Source: the human T2T-CHM13v2.0 reference genome, Homo sapiens
Length of the DNA stretch: 64,000 nucleotides
Reading direction: 5' to 3' (one strand)
Assembly (NCBI RefSeq): GCF_009914755.1
Contig: NC_060947.1
In this document: piece by piece, positions 26,584 to 41,842 of the stretch
How positions within the stretch are numbered: position 1 is the first letter of the stretch
Layout: each line of letters begins with the position of its first letter
Translations under genes and position numbers: made by a program
The notes under the pieces: model-generated
What the model was told of the DNA's origin: nothing
Database searches by the model: none
The model's input: only the letters and a program-made list of their open reading frames with translations

Positions 26584-27684
26584 TAGCTACAGCTTCCAGG
26601 AGCTTTCTTAGAATGATTCACCGGAACCATTTCGGATACCTTAGAAGTTCTCACTTTTATTAATTTTATCTTTAATTTTGATTGATAATTTGGCAGAAAC
26701 TCCAAAAGTCCTAGCTTGTAAATCATTCTCCCTCAGAATGTAGAGCAAATTGCTCAATGACTTTCAGTTTATTCTTGAGAAATCTGATGCCATTCGGATC
26801 TCAGTTCGTTTATATAAGTGTATAATCTATTCTTATTTTCTCTTTGAAAGTTTTACAGACAGTCTCAGTGCCCACAGTTTTGTGATATTTAGTAAGGGGC
26901 ATACTGAGGACATTTTAGGCTTTTTGTAATATAAGCATTTAATGATGTAAATTTCCCTCTAAGCAGAGCTTTATCTGTGTTCTGTGAATTTTCATATATT
27001 ACATTTGCATTTTCATCCAGTTTAAAATATTTTCTAATTTCCCTGAGACTAACTCTTTGACACATAGATTATTTAGAAGTATGTTGTTTAATGTACAGGT
27101 GTATGGAGACATTCTTGTTAGCTTCCTGTTATTAATTTTTTATTTAATTATATTATGGACAAAGACCATACTTCATAGGATTTGAATTATTTTAAATTCT
27201 TTATGGTTTGTTTTATGCCTCAGGGTGTGAACTGTCTTGGTGACTCTTTTATGTGCACATAAAACAAATACATATTATGATGCTGTTGGGTGAAGTGTTC
27301 CATAGATGCTAGTTCGATCCAGTTGGTTGGTGGTAGTGGTCAATACCTTTGTTGATTTTTTGTTTACTACTTCTACTACTAAAGATGAGTGTTAAAATCT
27401 CCAACTATAATTGTGGGTTGTTTTTCTTTTTTTGCTTTTTTTGGTTCTGTAAATTTTTGCTTCATGTATTTTGAAGCTCTGCTTTTAAGTGAATACACAC
27501 TTAGGATTCCATGTATTCACTTACAAATACATTTTTCACAAGTTGACTCTTTGATCAATATGTAATATTTCTCTTTACTTCTGCTATCCTTCTTTGTGCT
27601 AAAGACTATTTTGTCTGGTATTAATGTAGCCACTCCAGTTTTTTTGATTAGTATTTGCATGGTATGTCTTTTTTCATTTCTTTA

Positions 27685-27838
27685 CCTTCTTTTTCTTTTT
27701 CCAAGACAGAGACTCACTATGTTGCCCAGGTTGAAATTCAGTGGTTATTCACAGGCACTATAGCAAAATGCAGCCTCGAACTCCTGGCTTTAGGTGATCA
27801 CCTTGCTGGGACTACAGGCACAAGCCACCATGTTCAGT
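27685..27838 (-). mobile_element. FAM (fossil Alu monomer)
   Basis: cagtggttattcacaggc is the 7SL/FAM-specific segment absent from dimeric Alu arms. Confidence 0.75.
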
Positions 27839-28833
27839 TCTATTCTTTTACTTTTAATCTACTATATAATTATATTTGAAGTTTCTTATGGACAGCATAT
27901 GAGTCATTTTTAAAAAATTCATTTTGATTATCTCTGTTTTAATGAATGTGTTTATATTATTTACATTTACTTGAATTATTGATATGTTTACATTTAGGTC
28001 TATCACTGTATTATTTGTTCTGTCTTTGGCCCCTCTATTTCCTCTTTCCCTACCTTCTTTTGGGTTCTTTGACCAATTTTTACCATTCCATTATAATTTA
28101 TCTATTGTGATTTTAACTATATCTTTTCTATAATTTATTTAGTAGTTGCTCTAGAGACTATAATATATGTACTTAACTTTTTACAGTCTACTTGGAATCA
28201 AAGTTGTACAACTTCAATAGGAATGTAGAAAGCTTACTTCCATGTAGGTCCCATTACCTTACCCCTTGCATACTGCAGTCGCCTTACATATATTGCGTCT
28301 ATATACATTGGAAACTCACTCCATTAGACAATATTACACTTTTTGCTTTCAACCGTCAAATATGTTTTAAAGAACTCAAGAGAGGATAGTCTTCTATCTG
28401 AGAAGACTATTTACCCCAACATTTATCATTTTTGTTGTTCTTTCATCATTTTTATATTCCAAGTTTCCTTTCATTTGATCTGTAGAATTTCCTTTAGAAA
28501 TTATTTTACGGTAGGTCTGCAGCTATATATTCTCTTAAATTTCCTTCATCCAAGAAAGTCTTAATTTCACTTTCATTTCTATAGGGTATTTTTAGTGGCT
28601 ATATAATTTTGAGTTGGCAGCTCTTTTATTTCAGTGCTTGACAAATGTTGTGCCACTTCTGGCTTCACTGTTTTCAGATGAAAAATGCAATTTCTCGTAC
28701 AGGTAACGTGTCCTTTTTCTCTGGCTACTTTGAAGATTGTTTTCATCATTTTCAGTTTTCAGCCTTTTCATTATAATATGTCTGAGCATGGATTTCTTTG
28801 GATTTATTCTATTGTAGGTTCACTCAGCTTCTT

Positions 28834-29150
28834 TTTTTTTTTTTCTTTTTCTTTTTTTAAGCTATGGAATCTCACTCTGTTCCCCAGGCTGGAGTGCAGT
28901 GGCATGACCATAGCTCACTGCATCCTCAAACTCCTGGACTAAAGTGATCTTCTCACCTCAGCTTCCCAAGTAGCCGGGACTACTGGCATGCACAACGATG
29001 CCTTGCTAATTTTAAAAATTTTTTCTAGAGATAAGGTCTTGCTATTTATATATTGCCTAGGCTGGTGTTGAACGCCTGGCCTCAAGCAATCCTCCCACCC
29101 TCAGCCCCCCAAGTAGCTGGGATTACAGGTGCGAGCCACAGAACTTGGCC
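28834..29150 (-). mobile_element. AluJ
   Basis: 12 bp TSD actcagcttctt at 28822-28833 and 29151-29162. Confidence 0.92.
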
Positions 29151-29663
29151 ACTCAGCTTCTTGAATCATCTTCAATCTTTGGAAGTTTTCAGTTACTATT
29201 GTATTTCAGGAGTCTTTTTCAGCAACTTATTCTGTTTCGTCTCCTTCTGAGATTCTAATGACATTGTTAGACCTTTTATTGTGGCTTCATAGTCCCTATG
29301 ACTCGATACTGTTTTTCTATCTTTTATCTCTCTGCTGTCCAGATTAGATAATTTCTATAAGATCTACCTTCAAGTTCATTGAATCTTTCCACTGTCATTT
29401 TCATTCTACTATTGAATCCATCTGGTGAGTTTTTAAAGTTATTTTTCCATTCTAAAATTTTCATTTCATGATTTATATTTTCTCTTTCTTTGCTGATACT
29501 TTGTACTTTAACTTTTGTTTCAAGAGAGTCCATGATTATTTATTCAAGCACTTTTAAAATAGATTTTTAAAAGTCTTTTTCAGATAATTCTAAAACCTAT
29601 ACCATCTCAGTATTGAAATTTGTTGATTGTATTTTCCCATGTGGGTTGAGATTTTAATTATTC

Positions 29664-29890
29664 ATTTTTAGAAATTTATATAGCACTTTTTATTTTTTAT
29701 TTTTGTTTTCATAGATTTTTAGGGAGTATAAGTGTAGATTTCTTACATGCATATATTGCATAGCGGTGAAGTCTGAGCTTTTAGTGTACTCATCTGAATA
29801 GGTGAACATTGTACCCAATAGGTAACTTTTCAATCCTCACCACCCTCCCATCCTTCTACTGTTCGTAGTCTCCAATATCTATTATTTGAC
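29664..29890 (-). mobile_element. L1PB-like 3' end, heavily 5'-truncated
   Basis: ggtgaagtctgagcttttagtgtac...gaacattgtacccaatagg; 17 bp TSD tgagattttaat(t/g)attc. Confidence 0.85.
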
Positions 29891-30830
29891 TGAGATTTTA
29901 ATGATTCTTTATACATCACATAATTTTGGGTTATATCCTGAACATTTTGAATATTACATCATGAATCTCTAGGTCTTGTTTATATTTGATGGGGAATGTA
30001 GATATTTTTGTTTTAGCAGGCACTTGACCTGCTTAATCCAATTTGCAAGTTTTGACTTATATCCTATGGGCTCTAGTCCCAGTATCAGTCCAATTTTCAA
30101 AGCCTTTTCTGTGCTATTCAGATCTATCCCTCATGTATACAAGCCAGTGGTCCATCTGAGACCTGGGCAGAGGTCTATCTGTTGGTTCAGATTTTAATGT
30201 TTTTGGCATGTTAATTATAATGAGATTCATTCATCCTCAGATGAAGGATGATGAGCCAGAAGTTTATAAACAACTTTATAGGGCTGCTTTCCTGAGATTC
30301 TTTCTACTATCAACTTGATACTTTTCACTTCCTTGGAGCACTCTTTCTTGTCCAATTGTCAGAAGTCACCCACTTCTCTGGTTATTCCATAGCCAAGTGG
30401 TGGAGGACCAACAGAGTAAAACAAAACCAATGGCCTTTGGCTCTGTCCTCAGGAGCTACAGATGCACCAAATGGGAGAGTAAGTATACACAACCTCAAGG
30501 ATTTTGTTCCTGCAGGTTCCCACTGCCAGGAGTTTTTGTTTTTGCCACTGCCTCCACCATGAAGTTGTCCTGGGGGGTGGGGCATGAAAGAACAGAGAAA
30601 AAGGGAGAGAAAAAAATAGAGGGATTTCATTTATAATTTGAATGTTAGCATTCCCCTTCCTTGTCCCATGAGCCACACGAGACACATTTTCCTGAAGCTC
30701 TCTGTATCTCTCCCCATACCACGGTGCTCCTTCGTGGGGTTTGTGCTTTGTTAAAGTTTAGGCTGAGAGATACTAGGAGGGAAATTGGTTAACTTAGTGC
30801 TGGTTCATGTTCACTGGAACTCTGAATTCT

Positions 30831-31174
<344 letters not shown>

Positions 31175-31522
31175 TGATATTTATTTTTCAGAGTTCTCAA
31201 ATAGCTGCTCCATGAATTCTGTCCCGGTTTTATGATGCATTCTATAATGAAATAAACAGGTGACATGTGCTTACTCCATCTTACTCAGACACATAACCTT
31301 TATTAAAAATTAATTTTGCTGCATATTCTTTGGTTGTGTCCACATTTCCTGAATTATTTCTTTGATGATACCCTCTCTTCCCTTTTTTGAACTTCTATTA
31401 TTCATATAATGGATTTCCTAGATTAATTTTATTTTCCATTCCCAAAGATATTTTTTCCTGCATTTCATGAATTTTTTCAACTTTATTTCAAACTTTCATA
31501 GTTTTAATTCCTAGAAGATCTT

Positions 31523-31968
31523 TGTTGTGGGATAAATTGTGTCCTCCAAAAAGATATGTACAAATTCTACCCCTGCTACATGTGAATGTGATCTTTTCTG
31601 GAAATATAGGGTGTTTGCATATAAATTCAACATGAGGTCATACTGAATTAGGGCACATCCTAATCAAATGACTGGTATTTTAATAAGAACAGGGATATTT
31701 TGACACAGACATACACCAAGGGAAGACAGTCATATGAATACAGATGCAGAGATTGAAGTTATTCTGCCACAAACCAAAGAATACCTGGGGCCACCAGAAG
31801 CTAAAAGAGAAAGGGAAGGTTTCTTCCCTAGAGGCTTTGAGGACAGTGCGGCCCTGCTGACACCTTGACTTTGAATTTCTATACTCTAGAAATATGAGAA
31901 TTAATTTCTATTACTTTAAGAAACCAGTTTGTGGTACCTTGTTACAACCGCCCTAATAAATGGATACG
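31523..31968 (+). mobile_element. MLT1C-like MaLR solo LTR
   Basis: tgttgtgggataaattgtgtcctcc...ggccctgctgacaccttga...; 5 bp TSD atctt. Confidence 0.88.
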
Positions 31969-32334
31969 ATCTTCTTTTAAGATCTTTCTCTGGAAGTTTT
32001 TGAATTATATTTTCATTTGTTTTCTGCTATTGCTTTCTCATCTCCAGGTTCCTGTTTTCTGTTTATTTTTATCTTTGTTTTTCATGATCTTTGTTTTTCT
32101 TGACTGTCATGTAATCCATCCTGTCTATTGATTTAATACAGGAACACATAAAAACTGACTTCATTCTGTAGACACAGGCAGGGCTTGATGGCTGTGGGGC
32201 GGTTTCATCTGGTGATTAGTTGGGATGTGGTCATTTTGTTTGAGGGTTCCCAAATTTAATGTCACTAGATGTGTCTCTTTAAATTAGAACAATATGTAAA
32301 ATATCTGTTCTATCCTGAATAGCTGTCTTGAGTA

Positions 32335-32378
32335 GTGTGTGTGTATACGTGTGTGTTTATATATGTATATATATTTGC

Positions 32379-32416
<38 letters not shown>
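32335..32416. repeat. Compound (TG)n/(TA)n microsatellite
   Basis: Read directly; long pure TA run 32380-32415. Confidence 0.95.
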
Positions 32417-32420
<4 letters not shown>

Positions 32421-32869
32421 ATATCCCATCTCAACTAAACATGTATAAGCACATCTATCAACACTGTTTTACATGACTTGATTCAAAAAGAGTATAACAA
32501 TACAAATACACCCAATTAAGGAAGGTATTTTTTCGGGTTGGGCTTACACATAAACTTGCCAAATCTAAAGCTACATATAAAAAGTGATGTTTTGACTAAG
32601 GGAATAATGTCCAAAAAGTGTCTTGCAAAGATCCTATTAATAATTCTAATCCTGTGTAGAACCTTAATGAATCTCAGTGTGCTAAACTCACCATTCTCCC
32701 TTTAAACAGAAATGAGGAGTCAAGATAAGTTTCTATTTAAAAATCTCATTGTATCTACTTCAATCCAGCATTTCAAGTCATCTTAATTTGCATCAAACTT
32801 ATATTTCACTCTATTTCATTTTTAAATTTTATTATCAAACACATGAATAGAAAAAATTGGGAAATTATA

Positions 32870-33690
32870 TGAATCTTAAATTTACAAAAGAGTAAAAACA
32901 ATGACTACTAAAAAATGAATACATGCTCAGCCTCACAAGTAATAAGTTACACATATTAACATCATAATGAGATGTTATTCACATCTCTTTCACTCCAATG
33001 TCAGTGGAAAAAATTCTGACAGTATCAAAGATTGGTACTAATGTAGAACAACAAAAACAGGTAGACATGTCATTATAACACCACTTTTAGAAAATAACCT
33101 AGTAAACCTAGTAAAGTTGAAAATGAACATATATTATGAAGCAGCACATGCACCCTAAGTTATTTGACCTGGAGACATTCTAGCTCATATGTAAAAGAGG
33201 AAGTGTACAAAAACGCCCTTAGCAGAAGTGTTTGTAGTATCACAAAAAAAAGAAAAAATGAGAAACAATCTAAATCCTCATTAACAGGAAACTGAATCGA
33301 CAAAACATGTTCTATTTATACAATGAAATATTATACAGCAGTAGGATGGATAAATTAGAACAAGAAATATCAACATAAGAGAATAAAACAAAATATTAAT
33401 GGGAAAGGAAAAGTAAATTGCAGAAGTGTAAATATAACATATGGTCTTCCCATAAAATCCTTTTCATAAAGTTTAAAAATAAGTAAGCAATATTATATAT
33501 AATATGTATTCATACATAAGCTATTGTTAATATAGATCTATAATTATATATGTCTATATGAAAGGGAAAGATTATATATATGTGTGTGTGTACATACATG
33601 TATATTATTCTTCAAATGTATTGATGATTAATTTCTTAAGTTGAATGGTGGGTACATGGTTATTGCTTTTATTACCATTTATACATTTGA
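32870..33690 (+). mobile_element. L1ME 3' end
   Basis: aatgaaatattatacagcagt...cttaagttgaatggtgggtacatgg. Confidence 0.7.
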
Positions 33691-33799
33691 AAAATTTGTA
33701 TCAAAGACTAACAGCCTGAAGTTTGCTTGTGTTTCTTGTCATTCTAATGTGTCTACTGGTAAGGAGAGGACCAGTCAAAGCAGCTCCCAGCCATCTTTT

Positions 33800-34460
33800 A
33801 CTATGGTTCCTTCTCTTCCTTCTTTCCACCATGTATGCTGGAGCCACCTATGCCGGCATACAAGGTGTTATTCAAATATATCTTGGATTTTCCCACATTT
33901 CTTTATTTTCTAGAATTTTTCCTTCTGTCTGGAATGCCCTTTCCTACACATATACCACACATATACCAGCATATTATCTTTTCTTCACAATACACCTCAG
34001 TCCTACTAGAAGAAGCTGTCCTCAATACTGTAGTGTTCTGGAACCACCTTGCACCAGTATTGCACAAGTCAATTGTTACATTTTCAGAAATTTTTGAGCC
34101 AGTAAACATACACTGGTAGTTAGAAATCAGTCATGGTAAAAGTGTTTATACCATGGAAATATGAACTGGTACAAGTCAGGGCTTTGATCCCCAGAGAGTG
34201 AGTTGTTAAACATTTAGCAGTACACCACTGCCAATTTTTCCCGATGGAATTTATCCCTCCTTTCCCTATACTTTCTGGGCAGTCTGTTGCACTTATTACT
34301 GTTTACCCTGCATTTTAGTTTTTAATGAATGCATCTGTCTCTCCCATGACATTGTTTGCCACTCTAGGGCAGAGAAGTGGTCTCATTCATACTTATATCT
34401 CCCACAGCACCTATCAGAATCTCTTCTATATGCTAGGTTCTCAATAATTTTGATTAACTT
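33800..34460 (+). mobile_element. L2 3' end interrupted by MER63
   Basis: ccttctgtctggaatgcccttt...ctagggcagaga...cacagcacct...ctcaataa. Confidence 0.65.
34028..34230 (+). mobile_element. MER63-like hAT-Blackjack MITE
   Basis: Ends ctgtagtgttctgg / gttaaacatttagcagtacaccactg. Confidence 0.7.
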
Positions 34461-34493
34461 CAAAAAAGTTTAATTTTTCTTCTCTTCAACCAG

Positions 34494-34533
34494 GAATGAA
34501 TTGTGGATGTACACTGTTCCTATAGAAGGTATG
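34494..34533 (+). other. Candidate 40 nt internal exon
   Basis: tttaatttttcttctcttcaaccag|G acceptor and ATG|gtaagt donor; motif evidence only. Confidence 0.3.
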
Positions 34534-34788
34534 GTAAGTCATATGGCAACGAGTGGAGTCAAATAATCTAGTTACAGGGAAGAGGAAAAACAAATTAAAA
34601 TATATAATGCAGTATATAATACTTCCACTCATACATATTCTTAATCTTAATAATCATTAAATTTTGACTATCAGGGGAACATTATTTCTATAAAACCTAT
34701 TTTTCTACTTATGTAGATCAAATTAGAAGCTTGGATCTGTTTTAATGGTTTTGTTGTTTGAAACAAGCAAATATATAAGAACGTTTAT

Positions 34789-35160
34789 GCAGCCACAAAA
34801 AAAAATGAGTCGTGTCCTTCGCAGGGACATTGATGAAGCTAGAAACCATCATCCTCAGCAAACTAACACAGGAACAGAAAACCAAACACCCCATGTTCTC
34901 ACTCATAAGCGGGAGTTGAACCATGAGAACTCTTGGATACAGGGAGGGGAACATCACACACCAGGGCCTGTCGGGGTGAGGGGGTGGGAAAGGGGAGGGA
35001 GAGCATTAGTACAAATACCTAACTCATGAGGGGCTTAAAACCTAGATGATGGGTTTATAGGTGCAGCAAACCACCATGGCATGTGTATACCTATGTAACA
35101 AACCTGCACGTTACGTTCAGCACATGTATCCCAGAACTTAAAGTAAAATTAAAAAAGAAA
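34789..35160 (+). mobile_element. L1PA (about PA8-PA10) 3' end with poly(A)
   Basis: gaagctagaaaccatcatcctcagcaaacta...cccagaacttaaag; TSD aagaa(c/t)gtttat at 34777-34788 and 35161-35172. Confidence 0.92.
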
Positions 35161-35223
35161 AAGAATGTTTATCAATTAACTATTTTACACAGTTGCCTGA
35201 AAACAATAGAGATTAAAAAATCT

Positions 35224-35561
<338 letters not shown>

Positions 35562-36441
35562 TTACATAGTTATAATTGAGGGAGTTGAGAATAAATATAT
35601 GTGAAAATCACTTTCCTATGCAGCAGTATTAGCAGTCTACATACCCTAAAAAACCTCCCTCACAGAATATAACTTTTAAAAACTTGTTACATGAGATATT
35701 TAATTATTTTAAATGTTATCAATGAGCCTGCAAATTAGTAGCAATTGCTCAGAGCTAAAATTAATTTAAAGCAGAAACTCAGAGAGGTGAAGAAACCATT
35801 AATCTAGCTTTTAAATTGACACAGCATTTGCTAAACTAGGTGAACTTCAACTTAAGATGCCCTGGCCTCACAGGCATAGGAAATATGATACAAATATTTG
35901 AGCCCACCTAGACCAGAGAGTCTGATAGGAGATTTCCCATATACCTGCATGTGTGTATAATGCTGGAACCCAACATGCTATGCCTTCAAAATAATAGTAA
36001 ATTAAACAACTCTTACCACAAGGAGAGTAAAAGAAAATGCTTATATTAAAATTTGGTGACGAATGGAGTTGGGTAGAAGGAGAATCTCCTTTGAGAATAT
36101 GTGTAACAATAGGTTATTGCTCATGTTGGATTGCAGTTGGAATTCATACAATCTAGTTGATCTAAGAAAATCTAAGGAGATTTAGTTAAAGTGATCCAGA
36201 GCTAAAAATGCTATAGGTACTTGACAGAAATAAATAAACTTTGAGTACATAGTTTCAACCCTCACCTCAAAGAATTCCCTTATATCAAGTTCCCAAAATT
36301 ATGAGCTCACAGTCAAAAGAAGTAAAATATCAAACATGATGAGTGCAAAGCAGCAAAAACAATAGAGCAAAGAAACAAACCGAGAGGGATGTGGATATTG
36401 AATTGTTAAACACACAATAGTTTTCTAAATAGGTTCAATAA

Positions 36442-36750
<309 letters not shown>

Positions 36751-37405
36751 TAAAAATATAAAAGAGGAGTTAAAATGTGAATAAAGAATAAGAAACTATG
36801 CAAATGAACAGTTTGATCTGAAAAATTAGTAAAGCATTTCACAGTGTCAGAAATATAATAAGTGAAATAAAAACTCAATGAATGGGTTTAAGAGTTAGAG
36901 ATAGTTGATGAAGAAATATAAACTCAAATATAAAACTAAATTAATATCATATTAAAGCTAATCCAAGAAAAAAATGGAAAAACTAAGCAGTTGTATTACT
37001 TAAATATTATAACTCAGTAACTAAAACTTTTACCACAACCTTTTTGTCAAGGTTACATTCTTTACTATACAATTCTTACATTCTTTACTATACAATTTCA
37101 CACAAATCTGGAATATATTTTAATTTACCATATACTAGCATATAAAGCAAATTTATTGAGATAAATTTCAAAAAGCCCAAGAGACTATCTTGTCTGACTA
37201 CAAAACAAATTAGAAATCAATGTTATAAAGATTACTTTAAAAATCCAAGTGCTTTAATATGAAGACATACACTACTTACATAAAACAAAGACGAAGTAAT
37301 AGTAGACACTGGAAAATGTTTATAACTGAATTACAATGATGGAATTTTATCTACTATTACATAGGATGCAGCTATCACAGAACATACAGGGAGAATTTAA
37401 GTCAT

Positions 37406-38170
<765 letters not shown>

Positions 38171-40508
38171 AATCTTAAACAGGCACTTTACAGAAGAAAT
38201 ATTAGTGACCATCAATCATATGAAATGGTAATCAATTGCATTAGTGACTGAAGCAAAGCAAACTTAAACTACTATAAAATAGAAACTATTATATACTGGC
38301 CAGCTGGCCAAAATTTAAAATTCTGACAATATCATACACTGACTGGGAGTGAAGGAGGGAAATGTAATAAATTTTTAAAACTACCTTGGAAACAAATTCA
38401 AAGGTATTTGATAAAGTACAGTGTACATACTCTGTGGGCCAGAAATTGATTACTGTAAGTATATATCCTAGAGAAATTATGCACATACATATTAGAATAC
38501 ATTTACAAAAATGTTCATGTTGGTAATGGGCATTGTTTGTAATAGCACAAAACTCCCTCCAGGAGTATATCAATGGTAGAATGGAAAAATAACATTGTGG
38601 CACATTCATACTATGGAATAGTACTTAGTAACATAAATGGAAGAAATACAGTTACATGTAGCCATGTGTATGAATTTCTGAAATAATGCCCTGCCAAAAA
38701 AGTTGCAGAAGAATCTGTACATCAATTTCAAAGCATAAAGTCCAAAAGTCATGTAAAATTTAATCATTTTATTTTTGGGGATATAAACGTATATGGTAAA
38801 CCATTAAGAAAATGAAGGCGTTACCTCTGAGGTGAGAGGAACTGGGATTGAGATTAAGGTAGTTCTCAAAGAGGATATTATACATATTATTCTTTTTCTT
38901 AAGTGGTGTGAAGGATACATGGTATTCCTTGCATTGTTGTTTTTAATCTTACATATATTTGATAAAGTCATATATTTCTTAGTATTTAGTAATAAGAATT
39001 TTAATAATTTTTCATTTTTTATTATTATTTGATAATTTTAGTTTTAAGTCCTCCTCAGTGGACTGTGCCTGAGATTTAAAACCAAAGAGTAGTATCTTTG
39101 CTCAATCATTATTTTCTCCACATTTACCTTAGAAAATGCCAAAGGCGACAGAGGAAGTAAATTCTGAACTTTTATTCATAAGGTCAAAATGACTTAAAGA
39201 AATCAACGTGTATTCAACCATAATTTTTGCTTTTTGAATCATAGTTTAATCGGAAGTAAGTAAAAATTTGTATGTTATTGCGAGTTTTGCAGCTTTGGAG
39301 GAGAAGTATTGATGGTCTAAAAAGAGAACATCATTTTTTTGGTTGAAAATTTATGAGCTACTGAAATCACTCTTTTCCTCAAACACCTACTTTCCCCTCA
39401 TTAGTGTAGTTCATTCTTATTGTTACTGAAGCTCCCATTTTTCCTATAGTCCAACATAAGTTAATGTGTTACTGAAACATGTTGTGAGAGAAACCAATTT
39501 GCCTGAATGTTGACAGTGTTAAAGTCAGTAAGGAAAATAGCAATATGTGGATTTGCATTTGAATAATTAATATTTACAAATCCCCTTCTTTATTTTGGTA
39601 CTATGCCTTGATATGAAATTCAATTCTTTACTGCCAAAACTGGGTGTGGACAGTGAAAAAGAAAAGTATGTTAAATTTATTCTAAATATTGAGACAGAGT
39701 AGTATTACTTTGCCAAATTGAGGTATAATCTGAAGGTTTGGGTTTTTAAAAATTAATACATTCTTAGAAGGTTTGGGTTTTAAAAAATTAATATATTCTT
39801 AAAGTACATATTGAAGTATAACATATATACTTTCCTGAGTCTGAATCAATATTGACAATTTCAAGTATTTAACATGGTTGTTAGTACTCAGGAAAATAAA
39901 GAATAATGTAAACAAAAACAAAGCTTGAATATTGTCCTTTTACATGATAATTCTCCTACAGGAGGTGGGGAGTTGGGTGGGGTGGTGTTTACTGGGAATA
40001 AATATGGGAAGGAATGTTCCATCTGAAGAAGAATCTATTGGAAATTGAGAGTGTACAAATGCAATGATGGATTTAATTGGATTGTAGAGCTATCGCAATT
40101 AAAGTCCTTTTCAGAAATATTCAGTAAGTGGTTATATATTCACCCACTTCTGTTAAAAAGAGGACAGGAGGAGAGAAAATGTTTTTTTTTTTTTTAATTA
40201 GGAAAGAATGAAAGAACCCTGAATTAGTTCAATGAAATGATATTGGATCTCCAGAGCTAGTGCTCCTTTTAAGAGCTTTAATGCTAGACTACTGGGAACA
40301 GAGGACAAACAGTGCCAGCTCTGGAGCTTTGCCATGTCAATGTGGTGACTCTACCATGCTCAGGCTCTATTGTTGATGGCACATGGCTTTGTGACATCGA
40401 TATGAGCCTGTGTAGTGTCCCCCTCCACAGCACTTGTGAACATTCAAGACAAAATAAAAGGCAGTAGTTGAACTTAAAGAAAAAAAGTTTACTGAGACTG
40501 TTTTGTTT

Positions 40509-40833
<325 letters not shown>

Positions 40834-40929
40834 TAATAACTTTATTTCTCATCACTTTCTTTAAAAGTTACAAATTGTGAAAATGCAAATAACATTACTA
40901 TATGAAAAGACACAACTGTCTCTCTTCCT

Positions 40930-41115
40930 GACTTTAGAATGGCTTTCATCCCATGTAATCTCATGTGACTCCCACAGGCATCCTGTGGAGTAGCCACTAT
41001 CATTCCCATTTCCCAGATGGGGAAATGCAGGAGGTTGAGGTTCTTGTTCAAAGTCATCCAGCTAGCACTTAGCTGAACTGCAACCAGGTCTCTACCACCA
41101 GTCTCGAGTCCCTTT
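40930..41115 (-). mobile_element. MIR
   Basis: cccatttcccagatggggaaatgcagg...caaagtcatccagctag. Confidence 0.7.
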
Positions 41116-41254
41116 GAGATAAACAACCACACAAATACTGCTGAATCGTCACTGAATTCGAGGCTATTAGACATAGATTGTGAACTAACAGTGATGTTTT
41201 TTCAGAGTAAGATGCTACTGATAGAGCATCTTACTTACACCCCAGATAATCAAA

Positions 41255-41430
41255 TTGGTTAACATTTGCTGTACATTTACTTGGTGTTGTCAAGCCTTGG
41301 GCTCAGTGAGCTATATACATTATCCCAATTGATTTTTAAAAGAATCCTGCAAGGAGATATGTTATCAATTTTTGACAGATGATGACAAAAGATTCAGAGA
41401 GGATAAATGGCTTAAGGGCAGCCATCTACT
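41255..41430 (-). mobile_element. MIR
   Basis: atttttgacagatgatgacaaaagattcagagagg. Confidence 0.6.
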
Positions 41431-41842
41431 TTTGGATGGGAGTTGGAATGGTTACAACCTCTTTCTGGAACCTGAATTTGCATTGTTAGTACATGTTTTT
41501 ACTTAGGTTGCTTATGAAAGAAGAATCAAAATGTAAAGGTTTTCCAAAGATTCTTTTCCTCATTGACATTTTACACAAAACCTAGGAAACATACATCTTG
41601 CAGTTCAATATTCTTTAATTTTCTCTGGGGTGTCACTTTTGGATATTTCAGGAAAGAATCTCTCAACTCACTCCTTGGCAATGCCACTGGTTGCAGAGCT
41701 GGGTTTCAAGGCCCAGCCAGTCTGAATCACCTTGCCCTCTGTCCCCCAGGCTCCAAGTATTCAAATATTACAATTTATAGTGCCTTTAATACGTGAAAAA
41801 AAAATTAAGGAAAATGAGGATGATTTTCCATACTATTGCTTC

